A stretch of 64,000 nt of DNA, taken from positions 40,796,001 through 40,860,000 of the forward strand of contig OX597830.1 of assembly GCA_951406725.2 (NCBI GenBank), given 5' to 3'. Positions 37,925 to 52,127 of the stretch are shown piece after piece. The translations under genes were made by a program, and so were the position numbers. How positions within the stretch are numbered: the stretch's first letter is position 1; each line of letters opens with the position of its first letter. The stretch comes from Octopus vulgaris (Eukaryota). The notes under the pieces were generated by a model that saw only the letters and a list, made by a program, of their open reading frames with translations, ran no database searches and had not been told where the DNA came from.

Positions 37925-38235
37925 CAGAGGGTAAAGACCCCCTTCAGTCATAAATGACCATGGGATTGAACCTAGAAAGTTACCCTCTGAAACACATGTC
38001 TGGGCATATTTGTTTATGGAAGACCAACAACAGTCACCCATGCATACCAGCCTCCCCTCTCTGATACAGCTTGGCATTAGTAACATTGCAATTCATTTTT
38101 ACAGCTGGGTGGACTGGAGCATTGTGAAATTAAGTATCTTTCTCAAGAACAGAACACACAGCCTGGTCCAGGAATCAAACTCATTACCTCATGACTGTGA
38201 GCCCAACACTCTAACCACTGATCCATGTGCTTTCG
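37925..38235 (-). mobile_element. tRNA-derived SINE family 4
   Basis: Minus strand head ...TGGATCAGTGGTTAGAGTGTTGGGCTC...GAGTTTGATTCCTGGACC and body GCTCCAGTCCACCCAGCTG, as at 5130-5388. Confidence 0.6.
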
Positions 38236-38329
38236 TAAAACTCCCACACAACAGCACAAACTTTGTTAAGTCAGATTTGTGACTCTGGGCCATATGTTTC
38301 CACCCTTCTTAATTTTCATTCTTACTGCA

Positions 38330-38640
38330 CTACTCGTCCTCTTTCTTGAACCAGATGTAATGCCTCGATTTCTCAGCAGCTTAATAATTTTCTGGTAACA
38401 TATCTCTTTTGATACTAATCCAAAATCTCTTGGTTCCAACAAATCCTCTAACACCTATTTCTACAGAAAGATATATTGTTTCCCATCCATTCCTTTCATG
38501 GAGTTCAACAAACTCGCTGTATTTTTCTCTTTCCTGAGGAAAACAGCTTCGATGTTTGTTTCCCAGGGAACTGTCAATTCTACCATCTTTAGCACCTTCC
38601 TTTCCTTACATCACATGATGAGGACAAGTCTTTTAGTGAT
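38330..38640 (-). mobile_element. HERO-clade non-LTR retrotransposon RLE remnant
   Basis: Minus translation KRLVLIM*CKERKVLKMVELTVPWETNIEA..RK/KYSEFVE..RNGWETIYLSVEIGVRGFVG...AAEKSRHYIWFKK contains the ELTVPWE, GW, VE.G.RGF.G and AE..S..IW.K motifs. Confidence 0.75.
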
Positions 38641-41156
38641 ATAAAAAGAAAAAATAATAAATGACTAGTATTTCCTTCAATTCATAGTACTACCATTATG
38701 AACTAATAAGAGGGTATTTATGTGGGCTTTCTACCAACTAGAAACAGCAACCAAATTTCCCTCATATTACATCTTATTATCTTAAATAAGGGAAAAGGAC
38801 ATGAAACAATGCTGTCCTATACACTCCTAAAAGATAGGCTGGTCATGGCTGGAATGTCATGGTTGACTTAGTTTGAAAAAACAACAGCAATTACTAAACC
38901 ACTGCCGCCCCCGCATCATAACTACTAGGCCCCAATGTTTCTTTCACCACTTTCAAATTCCACCGAGGTCACCTTTGCTTTTCATCCTTCCGGGTTTGAT
39001 AAAACAAGTACCAGTTGAACACTGGGGTCAATGTAATCGACTTACCCCTTCTCCTAAATTGCTGGCCTTGTGCCAAAATTTGAAAGCAAATTTTTTACTA
39101 TTACTATTAGTACTAACATAAGAATCTTTACAACTACTACTAACCTTACCAAATTTACTATCACTCTGTTATTATTATTACATCCTCTCTTAACATGACT
39201 ACCACCATCAATACTACTACATCTATCACAGCCGCGGATGCTGCCAGCATCACCCACCACTACCACCGTCACACAACCACAACTATGGGACAACCTGATG
39301 TATCTATTTAATTAACGACAGATATTTTAAAATCAGTGATGACTTTGACAGTGATAACTGTCAAAGAAACAAAAGCCAGCCTCACCGTCATCACCAGCAT
39401 CATCACCGTCATCACCAACACCACTGCCAATAGCAGTTTTCTGTCCACTCGGCTTCCTCCCCACCATTTATGAACGAGTGGAGTTTAATCAAAGAAGTGA
39501 CAAAGATACATGGCACACCTCGAGGCAAACTGCAAGACTCACTGACAATCTATACTAAACCCCAACAGCAAATCTCTTTTGAGAAATAACTTGTCAATGT
39601 TGATTGAATAATAATAATAATAATAATAATAATATCTGCTACCAAAGTGACACCACCAAATCACAATCCTCATGCATCTTATGTGTGTGTGTGTGTACCT
39701 GTATGCAATTTATATGAGCATGCATGTGTATGTATGTGCATAAATGTCCAGTATATGCATAAGTAAACATGTGCAGTATGTGTGTAAGTAAACATAATGT
39801 ACATACAGGATGTGTGGCCTAGGGGTTTTGGTGTTACACTTACAATCACAAGACCATGGTTTGAATTCCCAGATTGGGTAATGTGTTGTTTTCTTAAGCA
39901 AAACATTTCATCACATGCTGTCCTGAAATTACATTGTACCTGTGCCGTGCACCTGTACAGGTACCATCGATTTGATGGCTGGAGTGAGTGAGCTAATGTA
40001 CGGCACAACCATCTGATCACTATAAACAAAATCATCTGTGCAGGATATTCGTAAAGAAATTGCAGAATCATCTTCCTCAGACTATGAGAGGCTTCAAAGG
40101 AAGAAGGCATAAATATAGATGGACATGTTCTTTAGTTCTTTGCTGTAACCATCTTGACAAAGGCCACACTGGAGCACTGCTATTGATACCTATACAAATA
40201 GACACACATGCAGGTGTGTGTGTGTGTGTGTGTGCGTGTGTGCTGCTTATGACATATATGTGATATGTAAGACCTTGTGTGAGTGTAAGCATACACAGTA
40301 TCACTCACACATGGTAGTGTGTGAATAATATTCTTAAGGTCAACATTTACTCACTCATGACCACTTCTAGGCTTTGTCCCTTACTCAGTTTTTAACCAAA
40401 TTAGATGATGTTTACAATATTAGATTGGTCACATCATAAGCTACGTTTTCAGCTACAAAATTTGAAAATTGCTTTGGTAGAAAAACAGTTTCAGTAAAAT
40501 ATGTGAGGCCCAAAAACAGGAGATTTTGTTCTGCACTTTTCCAGGTGTAATGATTTAAGAACATTAACATGCTTGTACCCACATTCTTCATTGTAATGTA
40601 TGTATATGTGTGTTGTATTTATCTTTTCTTCTATTTTTTACTTGTCTTGATTATTAGACTGCAGCCATGCTGGAGCTCCATCTTGAAGAATTTTTAGTCC
40701 AATGAATCGACCCTAGTGTTTTTTTCTTTTTAAATTTTGTACTTATTCTATCCATCTCTTGCCAAATCACTAGCTTACAGGGGTGTAAACACACAAACAC
40801 AAGCAGTGGAGGACAAACACAGGCACAAACACACACACATACTACCTGATTCTCAAAAAGTTGCCCATGCTTGTATAGTGAAATTAAATGTGTACAGAGG
40901 TTGATCAAAACTGAAGAGAGAAATTGAGAATCTGATGGTTCCTGATGAGTAAAATACAGATCTATTCCGTAATATGAAAATGTGCAATGAAAGAGAAATG
41001 ATTGGAAAAAAAAACACCAAAGAGTGTACAAAGTAAATCAAGATGAGGAGCATCCATTACTGACTAAAGATTATGACTAAAGACTGAAATAGAGACAATA
41101 CATGATTGTCCATGGTAAATAGTTAATAAGTCCTTTCAATCAGATTTTGGTATGAT

Positions 41157-41390
41157 CTATAAGTCTTTCGGGAGGTACTTGTTCAAGTGGGTATATTTAG
41201 TGAAGCTCTCTGATCTAAAATTTAGGTAGTTTGCAGATTTATTAAAGCCTGAGAATATGAGGTTCTTTTTGGATGTACATAACAGACAATTTTTATCCCA
41301 TGACTGTATTTCTTGATGACCATTCATTTAATGTTAAGATCAATAGCATATTCTTTCAAGCACCAACCACAATTCTAGGATTTTATTGAA
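41157..41390 (-). mobile_element. Penelope-like element GIY-YIG C-terminal remnant
   Basis: Minus translation WCLKEYAIDLNIK*MVIKK/KNCLLCTSKKNLIF...YLNFRSESFTKYTHLNKYL matches W.LK...IKW.I..K...C.LC..EK..I...LN.RSE...C.H..K. Confidence 0.7.
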
Positions 41391-41597
41391 TTCTCTCTCT
41401 CTCTCTCTCGCTATATATATATATATATATATATATATCATCATCATCATCATCATTTAACGCCCGCTTTCCATGCTAGCATGGGTTGGACGGTTCAACT
41501 GGTGTCTGGGGAGCCCGAAGGCTGCACCAGGCCAGTCAGATCTGGCAGTGTTTCTACAGCTGGATGCCCTTCCTAACGCCAACCACTCCGAGAGTGT

Positions 41598-41651
<54 letters not shown>

Positions 41652-42835
41652 TATCGGCAGCAGTAAGCAATGTGTACCAAAAAGGAAAACTATAACCACC
41701 ATTAAATATGACTGAGGATGTTGGAAACACCTACATTGCCAGAAATATGAGCTCTTATTTCTAGCAACGTAGGTATTTCCGCCTCTCTGTCTCGTTGTCA
41801 CACTCTAACCTTTCATCCTCAGACACAAGTACTCCTCCTCAAATTCCATGTCTTGCAAGTTACATGGTGACCCTTCTAGTGTTGGTGCCACATATAAAAC
41901 ATCCAGTCCATACTGTAAAGTGGTTGGCATTTGGAAAGGCATCCAGCTGTAAAAACCATGCCAAAATGAACCTTGCCTGTGCTAGTACCACATAAAGAGC
42001 ACTGAGTTCACTCTGCAAAGTGGTTGGTTTTAGGAAGGGCATCCAGCCTTAAAAACCTTGCCAAAACAGACACAGTAGCCTAGGGAAGTTTTTCTACCTG
42101 GCAGCTCCTGTCAACCAATCCTACCCATGCATGCATGGAAGATGGATGTTAAATGATGATGATGATGATGATGATGATCTATATATATTTTTGAAGGAAG
42201 GAGCAAAGTTGCAGTACCATTGTTTAAAATTACTTTCAATCTTTACTACTGCATAGTATTTGCACACAATGGTAAGATTTGGTTTGGTTGCAGTGACTTG
42301 TAATTTAGACATAATCACTTCAGTGTTACATAATATAGAGTCATGCTATGGCTCTTTATCATGCTACACTAAAGTATTTTAGCATGTACAATTGGCCTCA
42401 GTTAATTTAGTTAACAGGCTAAGTTTATCTTATTGGTGGTACAACTGTAACTCAATTTAAAGTTATTTCCATTGAATGAATTTTCTGTATCAATGTTCAA
42501 TGGGGAAATACTTAATAAAGCTATTAAGTTTTTAGCAAATATTAGACTTTAAGGAAAAATAAGCAGAGTGAACCAGAATGTTGTGACATCTCCTAATCTA
42601 GCTGTACAAAAAATTTGCCTCGATAGAATTCCATCCAACTCAGCCAAACATGGAAAACTGGGTACTAAAATGATGATGATATGTAGATATAGATATAGAT
42701 AGGCATAGGCATGGCTATATGGTAAGAAGCTTGCTTCCCAACCACATGGTTCTGGCAGGTGTCTTACTATAGCCTTGGGCTGGTCAAAGCATTATGAGTG
42801 GATTTAGTAGACAGAAACTGAAAGAAGCTTGTCAT

Positions 42836-42913
<78 letters not shown>

Positions 42914-43003
42914 TGAATAAGGGTAGAAATTGATATTAATCAATTAAAACCAGTGGCCTTGCATATTAAAAAAATCCGAAGATTAAAATATTTTTTACAT
43001 ACA

Positions 43004-43109
43004 AAATTTAAAGGACTGACCACTAAAAGTGGATGGTCAATATGCTAGATTTTGACGTCTATATCTAGCATATTGACGGTCCACTTTTAGTGGTCAGTCC
43101 TTTAAATTT
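43004..43109. repeat. 47 bp inverted repeat with a 12 nt loop
   Basis: AAATTTAAAGGACTGACCACTAAAAGTGGATGGTCAATATGCTAGAT vs the reverse complement of 43063-43109: 45/47 identical. Confidence 0.95.
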
Positions 43110-43124
43110 CATATATAGCATATT

Positions 43125-43164
<40 letters not shown>

Positions 43165-43864
43165 TTATTAGGGCCATAAAGGTGTTGGGCTGTTTGTTTA
43201 GGATTCTGAGTTGAAATCCTGCCATGGCTCACTTGGGTGGGAATGATATCACCACCTTGCATCTTGTGTGCCTTTATTGTGTGTGTGTGTAGCTCCAGCC
43301 AACCGAAACCTTGTAAGTAGATCTGGTAGATGGAAACTGAAAGAAGCCCATCATATACATATATGTATGCGAGTGTGTGCATATTTGTGTGTACCCTTGT
43401 CTTGACATCACATGAATGCAAATGAGTATCATCATCCTCATCATCATCATCCTCATCATCATCATCCTCATCATCATCATCATCATCCTCATCATCATCA
43501 TCATCATCCTCATACAATCAGTGTTGTTTGTTTCCAGTCTTCTGTGAAGAGCATATCTGGTCATGGGGGAAACATTGCTTTGCTTGAAAACATATGCGTT
43601 AGCAATAGGAAGAACAACTGGTTGTGGAAGACCTCCCTCAACAAATGTTGTCCCACCCATATAAACATGGAAAAATGCCTCTAAATGATGAGGATGATTT
43701 ACATATCTCTACTCCTTACTGCTGCAAACCCTCACCAGTTTCCAAGCAAGGTAATATTTCCCCAAGGCCAGGCTTGGTTAACACAAAAGACTGGAAATAC
43801 ACAACACTGCTAGTATGACAGTAATGCTTGTATACAATGACCACCCAAAATCAAGACCAGGATA

Positions 43865-43911
<47 letters not shown>

Positions 43912-44201
43912 CCAACTGGCTTTTTTCAGTTTCTGACTACCAAATCCATTTGCAAGGCTGTAATAGAAAAGAAATGGTGCAAAACATCACACAGTAAGAC
44001 TGGACAGAAGGCCACGTGGTTGCAAAGCAAATTCTTAACCACATAGCCACACATATAAATATATATATAAACCTATGATTGCATGTGCATATATACATAT
44101 ATGAATGTATGCATATTTATTCATATATGTATATATATATATATGTATGTATATATATGTGTGTGTGTGTGTATATATATGTGTGTGTGTGTGTGTATAT
44201 A

Positions 44202-44232
<31 letters not shown>

Positions 44233-44312
44233 ATATATATATACATATATATATATTTATACGTATATATATATACATATATATATATTTATATGTATAT
44301 TTATATGTATAT

Positions 44313-44363
<51 letters not shown>

Positions 44364-44730
44364 TATATATATAATATATATATATATATGTGCTATAGTG
44401 TTTACGGATGCCACGTGTATGCTCAGCAACCTCCAGTCATTCTTCTTTTGTCTTCTCCGTCTTGGAAGATAATTTAATTCCAGCTAATGGTCCTTCCTAC
44501 TCATATACCAATTATTTTATGACTTCTCAACAGAATTCTTTAATACATTGCTTTCACTAGTTCCTGCATTTTGTGAAAATTCTTACACATCCGAGAAAAA
44601 GATTAGAAAAACAGTGGATTAATTTTTTTTTTTTTTGTCGTTTTGTTTTGTTTTGTTTTTTTCATTTCCTTTTGCCTCCTTTTACATTTTCATTTCGAAG
44701 AGTGGTTTGATAAATAGATAAACTATTGTG

Positions 44731-44773
<43 letters not shown>

Positions 44774-44956
44774 TGTGTGTTCGTAGGTCAATGCTTGTGC
44801 ATGTGTGTGTGTGCTTTGGTGCGTGTCATCAAACACAATATATTCATATGAATATGCATGAAGACATGCATAGACATACAAGTATAAGTGCATGTGTATA
44901 CAAATACACACACACGTACATGTATATAGACACAGATCCTATACGTATATATATAT

Positions 44957-45008
<52 letters not shown>

Positions 45009-45118
45009 TAAAAAATCCATCTGACCCTTGCAAGCATACAAAAGTAGACATGAAGATGATAATATATGTATATACTACATATACACAGATAGATACATAT
45101 ATACATATATATACATAC

Positions 45119-45174
<56 letters not shown>

Positions 45175-45194
45175 ATATATACACATACATACAC

Positions 45195-45231
<37 letters not shown>

Positions 45232-45257
45232 ATCATCATCATCATCATCATATATAT

Positions 45258-45318
<61 letters not shown>

Positions 45319-45437
45319 TATGTACACACACATATACACATACATACAAACATACACACACAAATATATATATACATATATACATACACACATACATATA
45401 TATACATACATACACATGCACATATATATACACATAA

Positions 45438-45482
<45 letters not shown>

Positions 45483-46071
45483 TATATATATATACATATA
45501 AACATATACATATATGTGTGTGTCAATTTATTCAAATGTAATCTTATATGAAATGAGTACACATCAAAGTGGATGCACACACAAACACACACACACATAT
45601 ATATATATACACACACATACACACACACAATACAAACATACTTATACATACACACAAATACACAATGCAAGCACATATGCATAAATATGCATACATAACA
45701 TAAATGCAGACTTCTTTACTCTTCCTCCTCCTCTTCCTTGTCCCCCAGTGACACATAGGTTCTCATAGCTAAATTTACCATAAACATGGTTTTATATATA
45801 TAAAAACTTGGCAATACATCTAGCTATCAACTGAAGAATTCAGGGACAGTTTTAAATTGTTATTGTTACTATTATTATTATCATTTTGTAGGCTTTTGTT
45901 TATAGTTATTTTATTATTTTTTTTTTTTGCTTGCTTTTCTTTTTGGTTTTAGACCTTTTAGTAAAATACAAAAATGAAGGTGACAATAAAATTTGCTTTT
46001 CATCTATTCTACTCTTGCTTTTGACACTTTTTTTGGTGGTGATGGTGGGGTGGGGGTGTTAGAGAAAAGCA

Positions 46072-46449
46072 ATACATACATATATATAAATATATATATA
46101 TGTGTGTGTGTATACATATATATAAGTATATATGTATACAAATACACACATATATATATATATGTTTGTGTGTGTGTACATATATATGCATATGTATATG
46201 TACATGCATATGTATATGTATATAAATGTGCATATGTATATATATATATATATATATATATGCATATGTATATACATATGTATATATACATACATATACA
46301 TACATATGTATATATATACATATATATACAAATGTATATATATACATATGCATCTGTATATACATATGTATATATATATACATACATATGTATATATATA
46401 TACATATATATATATGCATATGTATATACATATGTATATATATACATAT

Positions 46450-46481
<32 letters not shown>

Positions 46482-46795
46482 GCATGTGTATATACATATG
46501 TATATATATACATATACACACATATGTATATATATATATATATGCATGTGTATATACATATGTATATATATATATATGCATATACATATGTATAAATATA
46601 TACATATACATGCATATGTATATATATATACATATACATGCATATGTATATATATATACATATATATGTATATATGTAGATATGTATATATGTATATATA
46701 TATATATATATATACATATATATGTATATACATATATATGTATATATGTATATACATATATATATATACATATATATGTATATACATATATATAT

Positions 46796-46854
<59 letters not shown>

Positions 46855-46959
46855 CACACACACATATATGTACATATATATATTCATACACATATATATA
46901 TATACATATATGTACATATATATATACATACATATATATATACATATATGTACATATAT

Positions 46960-46990
<31 letters not shown>

Positions 46991-47084
46991 AAATTGCATA
47001 TATGTATATATATATATATGTATATACACACACCTTACACACACATGAAGGGGAAATAAAATTGCATATATGTATATATATATG

Positions 47085-47135
<51 letters not shown>

Positions 47136-47385
47136 GATAAAAAAAATTGTACAAAAGCATGACAAAGGAATACACAGTAAAAACTCTCAAAACATGGACA
47201 TGCTCATACATATATATACACACACATATATATACATACACACACACACACACACACACAAACATATATACATACATACACATACTCACATATATATATT
47301 GCAGTTATATATATATATATATGTATGTATGTGTGTGTGAGTATATATATCTGTGCACGTATGTATGCATGTGTGTGTGCGTATA
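46072..47385. repeat. Long complex (TA)/(CA)/(TACA) microsatellite
   Basis: Directly visible. It is the source of many YI-repeat ORFs. Confidence 0.97.
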
Positions 47386-47708
47386 TAAAATGGATGTCTT
47401 AACAATAGGTTAACTCATAAAACTTCTTCAAATTTCTGTCACAAGACCTGGATACCTTGTACACAAATTTTCCTCCTTTAATAACCTTATATTCTCATGC
47501 TTTATGTTTCAAACAAGAAATCACTATAGACAACTATATTCTCATGATATATCACACAGAAGAAATGAAGGCTCGCTTGTATCATTCTATTAATCTTCCT
47601 AAAAGTGTGGCATTAAGCCATCAAGCTCCTTTGAAATCTTTCAATAACTCCAACATTATTATTATTACTACCATTATTACTACCACCACTACTGTCATTA
47701 ACATTATG

Positions 47709-47747
<39 letters not shown>

Positions 47748-47899
47748 TCCTTTTTGTTTCGTTTTGTCTTTCAATTTTGGAAACAGCAATGCTGTCAACA
47801 TGAAAATGAAGAGAATGAAAGAGAGGAAGGGACATCACTGTGAAAGAAAAGGAGAGGTGGTAAGAGTAATGCAGAGATATTGATAGGGAGGTGGTTCTT

Positions 47900-47960
<61 letters not shown>

Positions 47961-48342
47961 GTATATGGAGAGGGAGAGAGAGAGAGAGAGATTTGTGGTA
48001 TTGAGGTAGGTTCTCATTAAATTGTTGTAAGCTGGAGGTCATATAAGGCAAAAGCAATGTTGCAAAAGATCTAACCACTGAAACAAAAGAACAGCATATA
48101 CATATGTGTGTGTGTGTTATGGGTATTTATATGTATTTATGTGTATGTATAGATATGAGTGTATGTATAATTTACCTATATGGTGGAAGTCAGGAATACA
48201 AAAATAAGGTGAACAAAGAAGCAGAACACTCATACACCCATATCTGTTTTGCGGGAGATATTCTTCGGTCGTTTTTTTTTTTCAGATCCATTCCTACCAA
48301 ATAGACATTTTTAAAAATACTTAATTAGCCTTAAATGTTTAT

Positions 48343-48835
48343 ATTTATTTCTTTATTGCCCACAGTGGGGGGGGGCTAAACATAGAGGGGACAAACAAGG
48401 ACAGACAAGGGGATTAAGTCGATTACATCAACCCCTAGTGCATAACTGGTACTTATTTAATCAACCCTGAAAGGATGAAAGGTAAAGTCGACCTCAGCAA
48501 GGCGGCGAAGTGGCAGAATTGTTAGCACGCCAGGCGAAATGCCTAGCGGTATTTCGTCTGCCGTTATGTTCTGAGTTCAAATTCCACCAAGGTCCACTTT
48601 GCCTTTCATCCTTTCGGGGTTGATAAATTAAGTACCAGTTACGCACTGGGGTCGATGTAATCGACTTAATACCTATGTCTGTCCTTGTTTGTCCCCTCTG
48701 TGTTTAGCCCCTTGTGGGTAATAAAGAAATAGGTAAAGTCGACCTCAGCAGAATTTGAACTCAGAACATAGCAACAGACGAAATACCACTAAGCATTTCA
48801 CCTGATGTGCTAACGATTCTGCCAGCTCACCACCT
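48343..48835. mobile_element. SINE family 2 (+, 48500-48730) inserted into SINE family 2 (-)
   Basis: 20 bp TSD AGGTAAAGTCGACCTCAGCA at 48480-48499 and 48731-48750. Host halves lie at 48343-48499 and 48751-48835. Confidence 0.9.
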
Positions 48836-48918
48836 TCATAATGTTTATATGCTTATATTGAGCACTTCGTGTAGATCTGTCACTAAACATGTAATTAACA
48901 GAACATGTGAGTCTTCCC

Positions 48919-48964
<46 letters not shown>

Positions 48965-49123
48965 TCTTTTATTCTTTTATGTTTCAACCCAAAGGTTGTG
49001 CCCATGTTGGAGCACCACCAGTAAAAGTTGTCAGCATCTCTCAGTGAGCACAAACTACCAATACTTTTAACAGCCAAACAAACTAACCAATTGCAGCACA
49101 GACCATAGATAGATAGATAGATG

Positions 49124-49166
<43 letters not shown>

Positions 49167-49755
49167 TGATAGATAGATAGAGATATATATAGATATATAC
49201 ATATATACATATATAAAATACAAAATGGAGCAGGAACGCAAAACATCAAGATAGACGATACAAAGAAAACAAGGATGAGTCATTCGGAGTTTTCTTTTCT
49301 CAGTTGAGTTCCAGATTATCTTTGCAATTTCAGCTATATACATCCACTTTTCCATGTATTTGTTGAGGCAAATTTTCTACAGCCGGATACCCTTCCTCTT
49401 ACCAACCCTCACCTGTTTCTATGTGAGGTAATATCTCTCCATGGCTAGACATGTTTTCCTAGATTAGTGATCACTTACATGATTGTGACATTCATTTTAC
49501 AGCAATCACATGAAGTCAAGACAAGGGGACAATAGCACACACACACACACACGATGGGCTTCTTTCAGTTTCTGTCTATCAAATTCACTTACAAAGCATT
49601 GCATAGCCTGAGGCTACAGTAGAAGATACTTGCCCAAGGTGCCATGCAGTGGAACTGAACCCAGAACCAAATGGTTGGGAAGCAAACGTCATACCACACT
49701 GCCATACCTATACCTATTTATATATATATGGACATTAACTGAAGGTGATAGCTGC

Positions 49756-50855
49756 AGGCATGGCTGTGTGGTAAGAAGCTTGCTTACCAACCATATGATT
49801 TCAGGATCAATCCCACTGAATGGCATCTTGGGCAAGTGTCCTCTACTATAGTCTCAGGCTGACCATAGCCCAGTGAGTGGATTTGGCAGGCAGAAACTGA
49901 AAGGAGCCTGTCGTATATATATATATATATATATCATCATCATTATCATCCTCATTTAACGTCCGCTTTCCATGCTAGCATGGGTTGGACGGTTCAACTG
50001 GGGTCTGGGGAGCCCGAAGGCTGCACCAGGCCAGTCAGATCTGGCAGTGTTTCTACAGCTGGATGCCCTTCCTAACGCCAACCACTCCGAGAGTGTAGTG
50101 GGTGATTTTATGTGCCACCGACACAGGTGCCAGACGAGGCTGGCGAACGGCCACGCTCGGATGGTGTTTTTTTATGTGCCACCGACACAGGTGCCAGACG
50201 AGGCTGGCGAACGGCCACGCTCGGATGGTGTTTTTTATGTGCCACCGACACAGGTGCCAGACGAGGCTGGCAGACGGCCACGCTCGGATGGTGTTTTTAT
50301 GTGCCACCGACACAGGTGCCAGATGAGGCTGGCAAACGGCCACGATCGGATGATGTTTGTTACGTGCCCACAGCACGGAGGCCAGTCGATGGGGTACTGG
50401 CTACGGCCACGTTCGGATGGTTTTCTTGTGTGCCACCGGCACTGGTACCACAAAGATACAAATTCCATTGATGTTCATCTATTTTGATTTGTTTTGATTT
50501 GATTTTTGATTTTCACTTGCCTCAACAGGTCTTCACAAGTGTCACAAGAAGGAAGGTATGCACAGGTGGACTGACTACGTCCCAGGTAGGGGCCACGGGT
50601 TATGGCCTGACTAGTCTTGCCGGGTCTTCGGATGGTGTTTTTATGTGCCACCGACATAGGTGCCAGATGAGGCTGGCGAACGGCCACGATCGGATGGTGT
50701 TTGTTACGTGCCCACAGCACGGAGGCCAGTCGATGCGGTACTGGCTACGGCCACGTTCGGATGGTTTTCTTGTGTGCCACCGGCACTGGTACCACAAAGA
50801 TACAAATTCCATTAATGTTCATCTATTTTGATTTGTTTTGATTTGATTTGATTTG

Positions 50856-50937
<82 letters not shown>

Positions 50938-51150
50938 GTATGTATTTGTGTGTCTGTGTTTGTCCCTCCACCATCACTTGACAACCAATGTTGGTGTGTT
51001 TACGTCCCTGTAATTTTGCAGTTCAGCAAAAAGAGACCGATAGAATAAGTACTAGGCTTACAAAGAATAAGTCCTGGAATCGATTTGTTCAACTAAAGGC
51101 AATGCTGCAGCATGGCCACAGTCAAATGACTGAAATAAATAAAAGAATAT
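49756..51150 (+). mobile_element. SINE family 1 split by an RTE 3'UTR insertion (49935-50858, minus) in its internal microsatellite
   Basis: Head 49756-49913, (TA)n, RTE piece, (TA)n, then tail 50945-51150. Confidence 0.75.
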
Positions 51151-52037
51151 AAAGCACCATCCAAACATGGCCAATGCCAGTGCCCTCTGACTGGCTCCCA
51201 TGCCACTGACACATAAAAAGCAGTCACTACACTCTCAGAATTGTTGGCATTAGGAAAGGCATCCAGCTGTGGAAACCTTGCCAGATCAGATTGGAGCCCA
51301 ATGTAGCCTACTGCCTTGCCAGTCCTCAGTCAAACCATCCAATCCATGCCAGCACTGAAAGCAGATGTTAAATGATGATAATGATGATGATGATGATGAT
51401 GTAATCATATGCATATTAGTAATTTTTAGTATGGGGAGATGTGTTTTAACAGTGCATTGCTGCAGCCACCATACATTGGTGATTCCCTACAACTTCTGGT
51501 AGATGACTCCTTTGCACCACCACTCAGGTGACAACCCTCCAAACCATGCGTCAGTTTGGGCAGTCATTGCTGGTGAGGGCTTTATGAGGTCTGTTCCTTG
51601 GCATGCCAGTTCCCACACTGCATATATCATCATCATCGTCATCATCATCATCACCATCGTTTAACGTCCACTTTCCATGCTAGCATGGGTTGGACGATTT
51701 GACTGTACCAGGCTCCAATCTTGATCTGGTAGAGTTTCTACAGCTGGATGCCCTTCCTAACACCAACCACTCTGAGAGTATAGTGGAAGCTTTTACGTGC
51801 CACCGGCACGAGGGCCAGACAGGTGGTACTGGCAATGGTCACGAAAAAATCGCGTTTTTTTATGTGCCACCTGCAGACTGACACAAATGCTAGTAAGGCG
51901 ACGCTGGAACCGGCACAAGTGCCAGTAAGGCGATATATATATATATATAATTAATAGTTTAAAGAAAATAGAGAATATACATAGAATAATCATTTTTTAA
52001 TCACTGTGCAGTCAATTAATAAGTTCTTACATTTTTT

Positions 52038-52127
52038 TGCCTACCTTGTTTCAGCCAATTGTTATTGTCCATATTTACACCTTTAAAGTGCATTATGATA
52101 TTAAAAAATAATGGCCTCTTCTGGGCA
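52038..52127 (-). ncRNA. Type I hammerhead motif with one core mutation
   Basis: Minus strand tgcc-CaGAAGA-ggcca...(~54 nt loop)...tggct-GAAA-caag-GTA-ggca. Stems I (tgcc/ggca) and II (ggcca/tggct) pair. Confidence 0.5.

Noticed and set aside
39224-39245. miR-2-like TATCACAGCC
   Set aside because: The match is limited to 10 nt in low-complexity sequence and no precursor hairpin is evident.
40909-40985. Hammerhead at CTGAAGA/CTGATGA near the PLE remnant (also 10127-10170 and 48240-48275)
   Set aside because: Could not pair stems or place GAAA/NUH correctly.
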